64,000 nucleotides of DNA from a virus. The notes below the pieces were generated by a model. The model searched no databases. It saw nothing but the letters and a program-made list of their open reading frames with translations, and had not been told where the DNA came from. The stretch is taken from positions 78,130-142,129 of IMG/VR virus record IMGVR_UViG_3300005676_000020. One strand, given 5' to 3'. Every line of letters starts with the position of its first letter. Position 1 is the first letter of the stretch. The translations under genes and the position numbers were made by a program. Positions 44,514 to 54,633 of the stretch are shown here, in pieces.

Positions 44514-45799
44514 TAAAAACAAACTCCTCTTCGACAAACCCTTGCGGCAACGGAACAACTTCCGAGTGTGTTACCTGGGAAGGACCGGATATAGAATGTC
44601 TCGGCATTGAAAAAGGCCAGACTATATCGGTTGCCATGGAAATTTTAGCCAATGAAATATGTGAGCTAAAAGAATCCCTGGACCTGAGCGACCTAGACCT
44701 GAAATGCTTGTTTGATATCTGTGCAGACTGCCCCGACCCGGTTAAAACCCTTAGGACAGTACTGGAGCTTATCATCAACAAGATCTGTTCAATCCAGGAA
44801 ACTATAGACGCGCTGAATTTGTCCACGTCCACCGGTTCTGACCCTATCCTGACACTGGCAAGTTGTTTCCAATACACCTCAGCTGAAGGAGATCTGATAG
44901 TCGAACTACCACACACTACCTATACAAAGCGTATAGCAACTAAGGTCTGTGAACTGGTTCTTAACGTATCAGCCCTGCAGGATGATGTAGCTGACCTTCA
45001 AGATACTGTCAGCGACCTCCAGACCCAGATAAATGCGCTGGACCTGAACATACCTGATGTTAACTCTGACTGTCTGTTTGTAGGGACAAAGTCAATAGCC
45101 GACGCCTGGGAACTGCTTGATGCAGCTTTTTGTCAACTTCGTACAGGAGTAGGTACTATAACTGAGATAAACCTGGCCATTAGCCGGCAGTGTTCTGAAC
45201 TGAACGCTGAGTTTGGCGGTGAACCGGGATGGGTTGCCGTACCTGAAAATATTGCAGATTCTTTAAATAACCTGTGGATTGCATTCTGCGCTGTAAAAGC
45301 TGTACAGGATACTTGTTGTGCAGTTACCTGCGATGATGTTCTCATCGGCTTCAACGCCACATACAGTGAAGATAACACTGAAGTTATCCTCACATTTACT
45401 TCTGGCGCAGGAACCAGTCTGCCAAATGGATTTACTGATATCGGCTCTACTATCAATATCACCGACATTGACGGTAACGTGGCCACATTTAACACCGGCG
45501 GCGCCGATGTGATAGAGCTTAACGCTGAGCTCGAAGTCAATGTTACAGGTTTGAACCTGAACGGAGACCTTGTCATAACAATCGACACTAATATAAGTAA
45601 CGGAACACTTACTTGTAGCAAGTGTATCACTAAAACAATCAAAAAACCAAATTGTGCTTACTGTGAGATTTGCGCAGAAGGTGAAGATGGTTCATATGTG
45701 GTTATCACCTACCGTCTTGAAGGTAGCAGCATAGTCACAAACTATGAGCCTACAACTACCACCACTTCTACGACAACAACCACAACTGCAGCACCATAA
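44510..45799 (+). CDS. Cys-rich fibre-like virion protein with C-terminal Thr tract
   Basis: CVTWEGPDIECL N-domain, coiled coil, PTTTTTSTTTTTTAAP. Confidence 0.65.
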   Translation: MIKTNSSSTNPCGNGTTSECVTWEGPDIECLGIEKGQTISVAMEILANEICELKESLDLSDLDLKCLFDICADCPDPVKTLRTVLELIINKICSIQETIDALNLSTSTGSDPILTLASCFQYTSAEGDLIVELPHTTYTKRIATKVCELVLNVSALQDDVADLQDTVSDLQTQINALDLNIPDVNSDCLFVGTKSIADAWELLDAAFCQLRTGVGTITEINLAISRQCSELNAEFGGEPGWVAVPENIADSLNNLWIAFCAVKAVQDTCCAVTCDDVLIGFNATYSEDNTEVILTFTSGAGTSLPNGFTDIGSTINITDIDGNVATFNTGGADVIELNAELEVNVTGLNLNGDLVITIDTNISNGTLTCSKCITKTIKKPNCAYCEICAEGEDGSYVVITYRLEGSSIVTNYEPTTTTTSTTTTTTAAP

Positions 45800-45809
45800 A
45801 ACAAATACA

Positions 45810-46316
45810 ATGGCAACACCTTTAGGAACAACAACACTTAAATCTGTATCTATCAAGGCGGGAGAATGCGTAGTTCTCCCTGCCGGAGCAGAAGTTATTG
45901 CCGTAACTACAAGCGGTAGTATAACAGCCACTTCTTCCTGTGGTACTCTCCCTACGCCCGGCAGCTTTAAATGCTGGCGTTTTAAGTGGGGTGAGGGCAC
46001 TTTTGAATCAGATGGTTTTGGCGACTGTTATTTTACAGGTATTCAAATAGGAGATACTCTATATGACGTTGTAGGGGCACCTGTAGCTGAAGCAAATACA
46101 TGGGATAACGGAGCCGACTTCCTTGCCCAGGCTATACCTGTAGCAACCCCTCCGGGTTTAGTAGACAGTGTAACCAGCAGCGGTGGTGAGGCAGTACATC
46201 CTAAGTGTTTAATAATCAACATACCCGAAGAACTCGGTCAACCTATTCTGTTCTGGAGTAATCCTGGTTTTGAATATGGAGCCTATTATGGAGAAGAAGA
46301 TCAGTGTTCATGTTAA
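45810..46316 (+). CDS. putative virion protein
   Basis: Start reassigned to MATPLGTTT. Confidence 0.6.
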   Translation: MATPLGTTTLKSVSIKAGECVVLPAGAEVIAVTTSGSITATSSCGTLPTPGSFKCWRFKWGEGTFESDGFGDCYFTGIQIGDTLYDVVGAPVAEANTWDNGADFLAQAIPVATPPGLVDSVTSSGGEAVHPKCLIINIPEELGQPILFWSNPGFEYGAYYGEEDQCSC

Positions 46317-46327
46317 AACTCTAATTA

Positions 46328-46915
46328 ATGTCTATCAAATTCTCATTTTTATGCTTTGACGGTTGTCCGTTCATACTTGATGCCAGTTGTGTAGACTATA
46401 CTGGACCGGATTTGAACAACCTGTTCAATATGCCTACAGACAGTACGCTGGAGGAGATTATACAGAGTATTGACGCATTGACTTTTGTCCAAACACCGTT
46501 CACGGCAATAGGTACTAACTCCATTATAGCAATAGCCGGAGGTACCATAGGACATTCACCAGAATACCGCGTAAGAAGGAACCCTTCTGCAAATAATGCT
46601 ATAACCTCTAGCACTGACGGTCTTAAAGTAACATCAAGTTCTATAGGTGACGGTAAGGTAAAAGTAAATGCAGGAGACACTAAAGACTATCTGGAAAATC
46701 AGATTGATGGCGACACTGACGGTATTGTAACAATAAATATCCAAAAGATAGGTGGAAAGCTGAGATTTGTGCCGGCGATAGACATAGATGCTCTGTTAGA
46801 CGAAATAGAGAACAACCATCTAACAACTTTCTGCTCTATGATAAATGACTGTATCCCTAAAGGAATAAAAACATTCACTAGTTCAACAACAACTACAACA
46901 ACAATCCCTACATAA
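46328..46915 (+). CDS. fibre-like virion protein, paralog of 46915-48120
   Basis: CVDYTGPDL...GDGKVKVNAGD.KDYLE; C-terminal Thr tract. Confidence 0.65.
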   Translation: MSIKFSFLCFDGCPFILDASCVDYTGPDLNNLFNMPTDSTLEEIIQSIDALTFVQTPFTAIGTNSIIAIAGGTIGHSPEYRVRRNPSANNAITSSTDGLKVTSSSIGDGKVKVNAGDTKDYLENQIDGDTDGIVTINIQKIGGKLRFVPAIDIDALLDEIENNHLTTFCSMINDCIPKGIKTFTSSTTTTTTIPT

Positions 46916-48120
46916 TGAGTAACTGTTCTACTACTACAACGACAACTTGCTATCCCTGTAATCAATCAGGGATTGACTGTGAATGCCCAAATGGCAGAGT
47001 TGATGCCGGTTGTGTGCAGTATACCGGTCCAGACCTTGAGAATTTCGACATAAACTCAGGGGATTACCTGGATGATATACTGCAGAAACTGGATCAGCTG
47101 ATATTTGCAGAAACAGCATTTACTGCTAATTCATCTGACTCTATTGTTGCTACTGCCGGTGGAACAAATGGTCACTCGCCAATTTACGAAGTTAGAATTG
47201 ACCCTGATAGTGATAACTTAATAACAGTAAGTGCACTTGGTCTGATGGTTGATATAAACTCAGGGGGTGATGGTAAGGTAAAAGTTGATGCTGGCGACCC
47301 TAAAGATTACCTGGAAGACCAGCTTGAGGGTGGGACAGATGGTATTATAAGCCTGTCCACGGTTACTATAGGTGGAGTAGTATATGTAGTACCTAGTCTG
47401 GATGTTGCAGCACTACTCGATGAAATTGAACAAAATCACCTGGTAAGACTTTGCCAGATTGTTCAAAACTGCATACCTGAAGAAGTAGAATGTATACCTT
47501 ATATTCTAATGAATACTGGAGAAAGTCAGGTTGTTTATACATATACTAATTGTGAAGGAGTAGAAGTTCCAGGAAACACCCTTGAAGCGGGAGATTCTAC
47601 CAACGTGTTCTGTGCTCTGGAAGGTTCTGTCCTGGTTACTGACAACAGTACAACAGAGCTGGTGGTAGTTGCTGACTATGATTGTAATACTACAACGACC
47701 ACTACAACTACGACAACTACGACGTCTACAACTACTACAACCACTTCAGGACTTGTTTATTTCAACTTGCATAATGAGGGAGTTGCTGTAATAGACACCT
47801 ATTTACAAGACTCTAACTCCTTGATATACTATGTAATAGACAATACTACAGGCTCTGGTCAGGAATCTAATTACTCGTTTAACCCTGTTGGTTCCGATGT
47901 AAATATTATCCTACAGAACTTTACAGCTCGTCCAGAACTGGTTATTGGCGTGGTTATCTACCTCAACGGAGGTATTATATTTGACTCTATAGAAAGTATT
48001 GGAGATTTCCTGGAAGAGGAAATTCTAATATCAGCCGGAGATGTAATAGATGTTTACTTATATCCAACCTCTGGAGGAACAACTAGTTCATCGACCACTA
48101 CAACTACGACAACATCATAA
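46915..48120 (+). CDS. fibre-like virion protein with three Thr tracts
   Basis: CVQYTGPDL...GDGKVKVDAGD.KDYLE; Thr runs at the N-terminus, middle and C-terminus. Confidence 0.65.
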   Translation: MSNCSTTTTTTCYPCNQSGIDCECPNGRVDAGCVQYTGPDLENFDINSGDYLDDILQKLDQLIFAETAFTANSSDSIVATAGGTNGHSPIYEVRIDPDSDNLITVSALGLMVDINSGGDGKVKVDAGDPKDYLEDQLEGGTDGIISLSTVTIGGVVYVVPSLDVAALLDEIEQNHLVRLCQIVQNCIPEEVECIPYILMNTGESQVVYTYTNCEGVEVPGNTLEAGDSTNVFCALEGSVLVTDNSTTELVVVADYDCNTTTTTTTTTTTTSTTTTTTSGLVYFNLHNEGVAVIDTYLQDSNSLIYYVIDNTTGSGQESNYSFNPVGSDVNIILQNFTARPELVIGVVIYLNGGIIFDSIESIGDFLEEEILISAGDVIDVYLYPTSGGTTSSSTTTTTTTS

Positions 48121-48122
48121 TT

Positions 48123-48854
48123 ATGAAAGTACTAGCTATAACAGCGACTTGTGGGAGACACACCTGTCTTGAAAGATCAGTTAGATTCTTTCTGGACCAG
48201 GATTATAGTGACTGTGTTCAGCTGATATACCAGAATTCTAAAGTAGAGCAACGTCTGAACTCTAATCTTGGCAAGAATATTATTCTGGTAAACCAGGCTC
48301 ATAGAACCCAGGACAGGCGTGATTATACCTGTCTTGGTGAGATATACAATGATATCATTAAGTTTATACCGGCTGACGTAGAGGTAGTTACCTTCTGGGA
48401 TGATGATGACCTTTTTCTACCAAATCATATACGAGAAGGGGTAGAAGGACTCGTCCGGGGAGGAAAGACAGCTTATAAGCCAATGAAGTCCTTTTATAAA
48501 GAAAAGGGAAGAGTTGCCTTAGTCACCAATGTTTTGGAACCGTCTATGTTCATAAAAGTAGACCATATTAAAAAGTACGGGTTTAGTAACACTACTTCTG
48601 ACCAACATATGAGTTGGGTACGGCCGTTGATAGAGACTAATGATATATTCGTTGATACTGAAGGAGTACCTACTTACGTATGCGACTGGTCTCAAGAAAT
48701 ATCTACATTTAAGACTTCCGGAGACCCTAATAACAAGAACAATTTTGTAAACTATCATAAAAGCTCTGCTGACCACGGCGACGGTATAATCACCCCGGCA
48801 CCAAAGTCAGTAGCTGAAAAATATTATTCACAATTCAATAGTTATGCACGTTGA
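48123..48854 (+). CDS. GT2/GT-A glycosyltransferase
   Basis: ITATCGR..CLERSV..FL.QDY; FWDDDDLFLP.HI. Confidence 0.8.
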   Translation: MKVLAITATCGRHTCLERSVRFFLDQDYSDCVQLIYQNSKVEQRLNSNLGKNIILVNQAHRTQDRRDYTCLGEIYNDIIKFIPADVEVVTFWDDDDLFLPNHIREGVEGLVRGGKTAYKPMKSFYKEKGRVALVTNVLEPSMFIKVDHIKKYGFSNTTSDQHMSWVRPLIETNDIFVDTEGVPTYVCDWSQEISTFKTSGDPNNKNNFVNYHKSSADHGDGIITPAPKSVAEKYYSQFNSYAR

Positions 48855-49365
48855 AGTACAGCAGTTTATACAGGAAGTTAAGGCCAAACACAATGATTTC
48901 TTTACAGGAAAGAAGGTTCTCGAAGTTGGTTCTCTTGACATAAATGGTAGTATAAGACCTCTTTTCTTTAAGTGTGATTACTTGGGAATAGACCTTGGCC
49001 CAGGAAAAGGAGTAGATATGGTTAAGCCAATACATGAGCTTGACCATTTTGATACATATGATGTAGTAGTTTCTACAGAGATGCTGGAGCACGACCAGTT
49101 TTGGAAAGATTCTTTGAAAAGAATGTATGACGTTTTAAAACCTTCTGGGTTACTAATACTTACCTGTGCCGGACCGGCTAGGCATGAACATGGCACAACC
49201 AGGACTACTCCCGGGGATGCCCCGTTTACCAATGACTATTATAGAAATATAACCTTATCTGATTTCATGTCTATCCTGCCTGAAAATCTCTTTTCAGAAT
49301 ATAAACTTGAGTACCGGCGGGCAGATACAGACTTAGTTTTTTACGGAATAAAAACCAAACCATGA
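48844..49365 (+). CDS. class I SAM-dependent methyltransferase
   Basis: VLEVGSLDING, YLGIDLGPGKGVD, STEMLEHD, LKPSGLLILT. Confidence 0.85.
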   Translation: MHVEVQQFIQEVKAKHNDFFTGKKVLEVGSLDINGSIRPLFFKCDYLGIDLGPGKGVDMVKPIHELDHFDTYDVVVSTEMLEHDQFWKDSLKRMYDVLKPSGLLILTCAGPARHEHGTTRTTPGDAPFTNDYYRNITLSDFMSILPENLFSEYKLEYRRADTDLVFYGIKTKP

Positions 49366-50324
49366 TACCAAGAAACTTAATATTTCTAAGCGCTCATTCG
49401 CACGATGAGTGTTTTATCTGGCAATGCCAGGTGTTCATTGTAAATTTCAGAGATAAAGGGGTACCGATGGACCAGATACATATTGTCGTATGGTACCCAA
49501 AGACCGGTCTGAACCAGAAATGGGAGCTATTGAGGAAGAAGTATCCCAGGGTAAAGTTCTTCTTTTACAAAGACGAAGATGTCGATTTAAAGCTTTATAT
49601 TCCTCAATTGAGACCTAATGTTCTCAAGAGGTATATTGCCGACAATCCTAGTGATAACGTGTTCTTTTATCACGACGCCGACATTATTTTCAACTTTTTA
49701 CCAAACTTCACCGAGCTGGTAAAAGGACCGGTTTGCTGGCAAAGTGATACCTCTGGGTATCTGGACTATAACTATCTAAGATCTAAGGAAATAGAAGGTA
49801 AAATACCTGAACATGAAGCCATAGGTAAATTAGCAGAAATAGGAAAAGTATCAGTAGATACAATAATGAGCTACAAAGGGAAGACCGGCGGAGCTCAGTA
49901 TATAATAAAAGGGATGACAAAAGACTTTTGGGAAGACGTAGAAAGACAAGTTCTCGAGATAAGACGAGCCTTTTCCTTCGACGTACCAGGTTCTTTCAAC
50001 AGAAAATACTTTCCATCAGAGAATGCAGGGTTCCAAAGCTGGTGTGCAGATATGTGGGCAGTCAACTTTAGCCTCTGGAATCGTGACAAAGTGACAGATG
50101 TTACTGACGAATTGGCATTTTCTTGGGCGACTGACAGTTATGAAACTTACGAAAAAAAGCCGATTTTTCATAATGCCGGCGCCACAGCTGGAAATAAAAG
50201 ATTATTTTTTAAGGGGGCTTGGTTACATCGTTCACCTCTACCCCATATAGATAAAATTTATGTAAGTAAGGCTTTTGCACAACATGCTTATGTAGAAGCC
50301 ATGAAAAAGGCAAAGAATGGATGA
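49362..50324 (+). CDS. GT-A glycosyltransferase, HPAT/SRGT-like (candidate protein O-glycosyltransferase)
   Basis: FIWQCQV, YHDADIIF (DxD), GGAQYII, SWCADMWA, IFHNAG. Confidence 0.6.
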   Translation: MIPRNLIFLSAHSHDECFIWQCQVFIVNFRDKGVPMDQIHIVVWYPKTGLNQKWELLRKKYPRVKFFFYKDEDVDLKLYIPQLRPNVLKRYIADNPSDNVFFYHDADIIFNFLPNFTELVKGPVCWQSDTSGYLDYNYLRSKEIEGKIPEHEAIGKLAEIGKVSVDTIMSYKGKTGGAQYIIKGMTKDFWEDVERQVLEIRRAFSFDVPGSFNRKYFPSENAGFQSWCADMWAVNFSLWNRDKVTDVTDELAFSWATDSYETYEKKPIFHNAGATAGNKRLFFKGAWLHRSPLPHIDKIYVSKAFAQHAYVEAMKKAKNG

Positions 50325-53300
50325 ACTGTCTGGATATAATAAGGCTAAATTTGTACAGCCGTCAAAAATAAAGAGCTCCAATATTATTTATGACGGAGGA
50401 AATATCCCTTGTATAGAGGGTTCAGAATGCCTTACACTTAACCAGATAATCAAACGTCTTTGCCAGGCCGGTTCTGCATCGGGTTATTCTGGCTACAGTG
50501 GCTACAGCGGCCCCTCCGGCTTCTCCGGTTATAGTGGCCGGTCCGGTTTCAGCGGTTACGGCCATAGTGGATTTTCCGGCTATAGTGGATATGGCCATAG
50601 TGGATATTCAGGTTATTCCGGGTATTCTGGCCAATCCGGATACAGTGGCTACTCTGGCACTAGCGGCTATAGTGGTTATAGCGCATTTTCAGGCTATTCT
50701 GGCCTGTCTGGTTTTTCAGGGTACTCTGGGGCCAGTGGCTTCAGTGGATACAGTGGTAGCGGCGTGAGTGGCTTCTCAGGCTATTCTGGACAAAGTGGTT
50801 ACTCATCTTATTCTGGTTTCTCCGGCTATAGTGGCCCTTCCGGTTATTCAGGTTATAGCGGAAAGAGCGGATTCTCTGGCCAATCAGGCACCGGCCCTTC
50901 TGGTTACTCTGGTTACTCCGGCTTAGGTCTATCGGGTTATTCTGGTTTCCAAGGAGTTCAGGGAGCTTCTGGATATAGTGGTTACCAGGGAACCTCTGGT
51001 TACTCTGGCTACAGTGGTATCTCCGCACAAGCTTTTTCCCAGGTATTTAGTATTGCTGACTGGGGTTCTCCGTCAGGGGGATATTATTCTCAGTCATTTA
51101 ATCACAATCTGAATAGTTACGAACTTGTCGTAGAGATATGGAAAATTGACGGCTCTACTATAACTCAGGTTTTTGTCCCTATAATAGAAGAAACTTCTGC
51201 AGATATCATAACAATATCTGTTACAGACGTGCCGGATGAAAGGTTTGATGGTAGAATTGTCATAAATGGTTCTGCGGCATCCGGTTATAGTGGCTATAGC
51301 GGTATTGGCTTGTCTGGTTATTCAGGTTATGGTGCAGACGGAGCTTCTGGTTTCTCTGGATACAGCGGTCTCGGCCTTTCTGGATATAGTGGATATAGCG
51401 GAGATAGTACTTCAGGTTATAGCGGATATATAGGTGCTCAGGGTGTTTCTGGATTCTCTGGTTATAGTGGTAGTGGATTTTCTGGATATAGTGGTTCCGG
51501 AATATCTGGTTATTCAGGTTACAGTGGTTTAGGGCTCTCTGGTTATTCTGGATATATAGGCGCCCAAGGGGATTCTGGATTTTCAGGTTATTCAGGGAAC
51601 CAGGGACTGAGTGGTTTCTCGGGGTATAGCGGAAGCGGTTTCTCTGGTTATAGTGGGATTGGCGAAAGTGGTTTTAGCGGATATAGTGGAATAGGTATTT
51701 CTGGTTACTCTGGATATATTGGAGTTTCTGGATTTAGTGGCTATTCCGGTCTGTCTGGATATAGTGGATATTCTGGAAGTATAGGAAATTCTGGTTTTAG
51801 TGGTTATTCTGGCGTAGGTACTTCTGGTTTCAGTGGTTATTCTGGTATAGGAACTTCTGGATTTTCTGGATATAGTGGCATATCTGGCTATTCTGGTTAT
51901 AGTGGTCAGGAGGGAATCTCTGGATTTAGTGGATACAACGGAGCAGGAGTAGCAGGTGAAAGTGGATTTTCTGGCTATTCTGGTACAGGGACCTCTGGTT
52001 TTTCTGGATATTCTGGAGCGTCTACCAGCGGATTTAGCGGGTATAGTGGTTCATCAGGATTTAGTGGATATAGTGGAATAAGCGGATTCTCTGGCTATAG
52101 TGGTATCTCAGGATATAGTGCATATAGTGGGTTCTCTGGATATAGTGGTTTGTCTGGATATAGCGGGTACTCAGGTATATCTGGTTATTCTGGGTATATT
52201 GGACAATCTGGCTATAGTGGTTACAGCGGACCTTCTGGGTATAGTGGATATAGTGGACCTTCCGGGTACTCTGGTTATTCAGGTATATCAGGGTATAGTG
52301 GGTATTATGGCATATCTGGTTATTCTGGATATATCGGTACAAGTGGTTATTCAGGATATGGAACATCAACCCCAGATACAAATTTCGCAACAACAAATCT
52401 GACAGCTACTAACAACCGGGTACATGCCTGGGCGGGATATAGTTATACAAAATCTGGTATGTTCAACTCATATCAGTATGCTTCAAACCACATGGAGCAT
52501 CATGTTACCGGAGGTAACTATGCTGTAAAAACACCCAATGGTAGCATCGCACTGGAAGCTGGATTTGCAGTGACTACCTTTGCTTCATTTGGATATGCGT
52601 CATACATAACTCCTACTCAATTAACAAGTGATGTAAATGATTATAATCCAACAGGTATGTCATCTGCATATCAGATAAGGCTTAGTTCTGATGCAGCCAG
52701 AACAATAACTGGACTTGGGATTACCGCTAATTACAATCTTACATATCTGCTACAAAATATAGGTAGCTTTGATATAATTCTTTCACATGAAGATGGTCTG
52801 TCTTCAGCTGTAGGAAGATTTCTTTGCCCGGGTGCCGCTGATTTTACATTAGCTGCGGGTTGTTCAGTCCTTATAGGATACGACGATGTATCAGATAGGT
52901 GGCGAGTAGAGACAACCAGTTCAGGGACAGGTACTTCTGGTTATTCTGGATATAGTGGAATAAGTGGCTATAGTGGTTATAGTGGAGCAGGTTCTAGCGG
53001 ATTTAGTGGATATAGCGGTGGTGGTTCTAATAGAGGGTCGATAACCTTTGAGATATATGCCGGCGGCAACGACATAACTACCGGTATAAAAGATACTCCG
53101 GTTCTAGTACCTTATACTGGTACAGTTACCGGTTGGGAAATTGCTGCATACGATATCGATAACGCTCTATTAAGTACTTCATGTGTCGTTGATATATTAT
53201 CTGATACTTTTGCCAACTTACCTTTGATAGGGACTGACAGTATTGCAGGAACCGAAAAGCCGACATTATCTTCAGCTTCAACAAACTCAGATAATACAAT

Positions 53301-53409
53301 AACCACCTGGTCGTCTATTACTGCAGGTAACTATGTACAAGCAGAGGTTGAGAGTGTTAGTGCAGGTGTCAAAAAAATAGTTGTAACAGTTAAACTTACG
53401 AAAAGTTAA
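50317..53409 (+). CDS. fibre/decoration protein with (Ser-Gly-Tyr/Phe)n triplet repeats
   Basis: Several hundred residues of SGY/SGF triplets in three blocks separated by beta-rich domains; N-terminal IIYDGGNIPCI domain related to the other fibres. Confidence 0.75.
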   Translation: MDELSGYNKAKFVQPSKIKSSNIIYDGGNIPCIEGSECLTLNQIIKRLCQAGSASGYSGYSGYSGPSGFSGYSGRSGFSGYGHSGFSGYSGYGHSGYSGYSGYSGQSGYSGYSGTSGYSGYSAFSGYSGLSGFSGYSGASGFSGYSGSGVSGFSGYSGQSGYSSYSGFSGYSGPSGYSGYSGKSGFSGQSGTGPSGYSGYSGLGLSGYSGFQGVQGASGYSGYQGTSGYSGYSGISAQAFSQVFSIADWGSPSGGYYSQSFNHNLNSYELVVEIWKIDGSTITQVFVPIIEETSADIITISVTDVPDERFDGRIVINGSAASGYSGYSGIGLSGYSGYGADGASGFSGYSGLGLSGYSGYSGDSTSGYSGYIGAQGVSGFSGYSGSGFSGYSGSGISGYSGYSGLGLSGYSGYIGAQGDSGFSGYSGNQGLSGFSGYSGSGFSGYSGIGESGFSGYSGIGISGYSGYIGVSGFSGYSGLSGYSGYSGSIGNSGFSGYSGVGTSGFSGYSGIGTSGFSGYSGISGYSGYSGQEGISGFSGYNGAGVAGESGFSGYSGTGTSGFSGYSGASTSGFSGYSGSSGFSGYSGISGFSGYSGISGYSAYSGFSGYSGLSGYSGYSGISGYSGYIGQSGYSGYSGPSGYSGYSGPSGYSGYSGISGYSGYYGISGYSGYIGTSGYSGYGTSTPDTNFATTNLTATNNRVHAWAGYSYTKSGMFNSYQYASNHMEHHVTGGNYAVKTPNGSIALEAGFAVTTFASFGYASYITPTQLTSDVNDYNPTGMSSAYQIRLSSDAARTITGLGITANYNLTYLLQNIGSFDIILSHEDGLSSAVGRFLCPGAADFTLAAGCSVLIGYDDVSDRWRVETTSSGTGTSGYSGYSGISGYSGYSGAGSSGFSGYSGGGSNRGSITFEIYAGGNDITTGIKDTPVLVPYTGTVTGWEIAAYDIDNALLSTSCVVDILSDTFANLPLIGTDSIAGTEKPTLSSASTNSDNTITTWSSITAGNYVQAEVESVSAGVKKIVVTVKLTKS

Positions 53410-54578
53410 TGTCTAATTATATTGAAGTTATAGCTGCTCAAACTACAGGTCTTGTACAATTTAATGGTGGTGGAACACAGTATCTTGTACAAAAATCTGA
53501 CGGGACCCTTGTTTTATTCTATGTCGATACAGGTTCAGACGTAGCGGTTCGCTATTCAACAAATCGTGGATTGACATGGTCCACTCCAACAATAGTTTTT
53601 GCCGGAACGGTTACAGCCCTATCTGTATGGTATGACCGATGGAGTGGTATAAGTGCAGATTTAGTACATGTAGCCTACACGGAATCTGCTACAGATGATA
53701 CTTTATATAAGTATGTCGATATTGCAGACCCTTCTTTATTTGTTTTGTCTACGCAAACAACAATCTTTGCAGGAACTTCTACTGCTACCGGCGGAAATTT
53801 ATCTATAACCCGGGCAAGAGGCGGAAATCTTTATTGCCATACTATGATTGATGCTGGCGCCGAAGGTGGTTTTTACCGTTCTACTGACGTGGGTGCAACC
53901 TGGGGTGCAAGAACCGTGAACGAAGTTATAGCTACAACTGACCAAATAATACTATTACCAGGATGGGCCGCTGATAATCAGGATATTATGGCATTTTTCT
54001 GGGATGCTTCTGCTAATGAAATTTCAAGGCAGTTACATGACGATTCTGCAAATACCTGGTCAGAAACTTCTATTGCTGCAAGTATGGTAGACCAGGCAGC
54101 AACTACCGCCTTCCCGCATTTTGCTGCGGCAGTAGACATCACAAACAGCAGAAATCTTCTGGTTGCCTGGAGTGCAGTAGATACATTAAACGCAGATCTT
54201 AGGTGTTGGTATGTAACAGAAAGCGCTATAACTGAAGTTACAAACGTCGTACTAAACAGTACAGATGACCAGGGTCTTTGCGCAATAGGCATAGATGTCA
54301 ATACGAACTATTGGTACGTATTCTATGGAGGTAAAAGTGATGGTAGCGAAACTTTTCTGACATCTATAAATATTTACTATAAATTTTCTACGGACAGTGG
54401 TAGTACCTGGAGCAATGAACTACAACTTACAGGTGCGGCAAAAGACATAACATGGTTAATCTGCGTGCCAAGATTTTATAGTTATTTCACACTAGCCTAC
54501 CACAACGATATTGTACTTGATGAGATCATGATAATTGCTACAGCCAATAGACCCGCCGGTAAGATAATCGTCTCTTAG
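53409..54578 (+). CDS. Asp-box (BNR) beta-propeller protein
   Basis: STNRGLTW, STDVGATW, STDSGSTW. Confidence 0.7.
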   Translation: MSNYIEVIAAQTTGLVQFNGGGTQYLVQKSDGTLVLFYVDTGSDVAVRYSTNRGLTWSTPTIVFAGTVTALSVWYDRWSGISADLVHVAYTESATDDTLYKYVDIADPSLFVLSTQTTIFAGTSTATGGNLSITRARGGNLYCHTMIDAGAEGGFYRSTDVGATWGARTVNEVIATTDQIILLPGWAADNQDIMAFFWDASANEISRQLHDDSANTWSETSIAASMVDQAATTAFPHFAAAVDITNSRNLLVAWSAVDTLNADLRCWYVTESAITEVTNVVLNSTDDQGLCAIGIDVNTNYWYVFYGGKSDGSETFLTSINIYYKFSTDSGSTWSNELQLTGAAKDITWLICVPRFYSYFTLAYHNDIVLDEIMIIATANRPAGKIIVS

Positions 54579-54580
54579 AT

Positions 54581-54611
54581 TTTGACAACCTGTCAAATTT
54601 TCATACCTTTA
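54581..54611 (+). promoter_or_regulatory. Bacteroidota-type promoter
   Basis: TTTG-N19-TACCTTTA upstream of the giant GT gene. Confidence 0.55.
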
Positions 54612-54633
54612 TAGTGCTATAAAACCGAACTTA

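Noticed and set aside
50480-52360. CRISPR array or non-coding tandem repeat
   Set aside because: The repeats are degenerate 9-nt codon units in one open frame, with no fixed repeat-spacer structure.
53224-53235. Fifth copy of the early-promoter motif (TTGATAGGGACT)
   Set aside because: It lies inside a plus-strand coding region with no supported downstream minus-strand gene, so it is likely chance.
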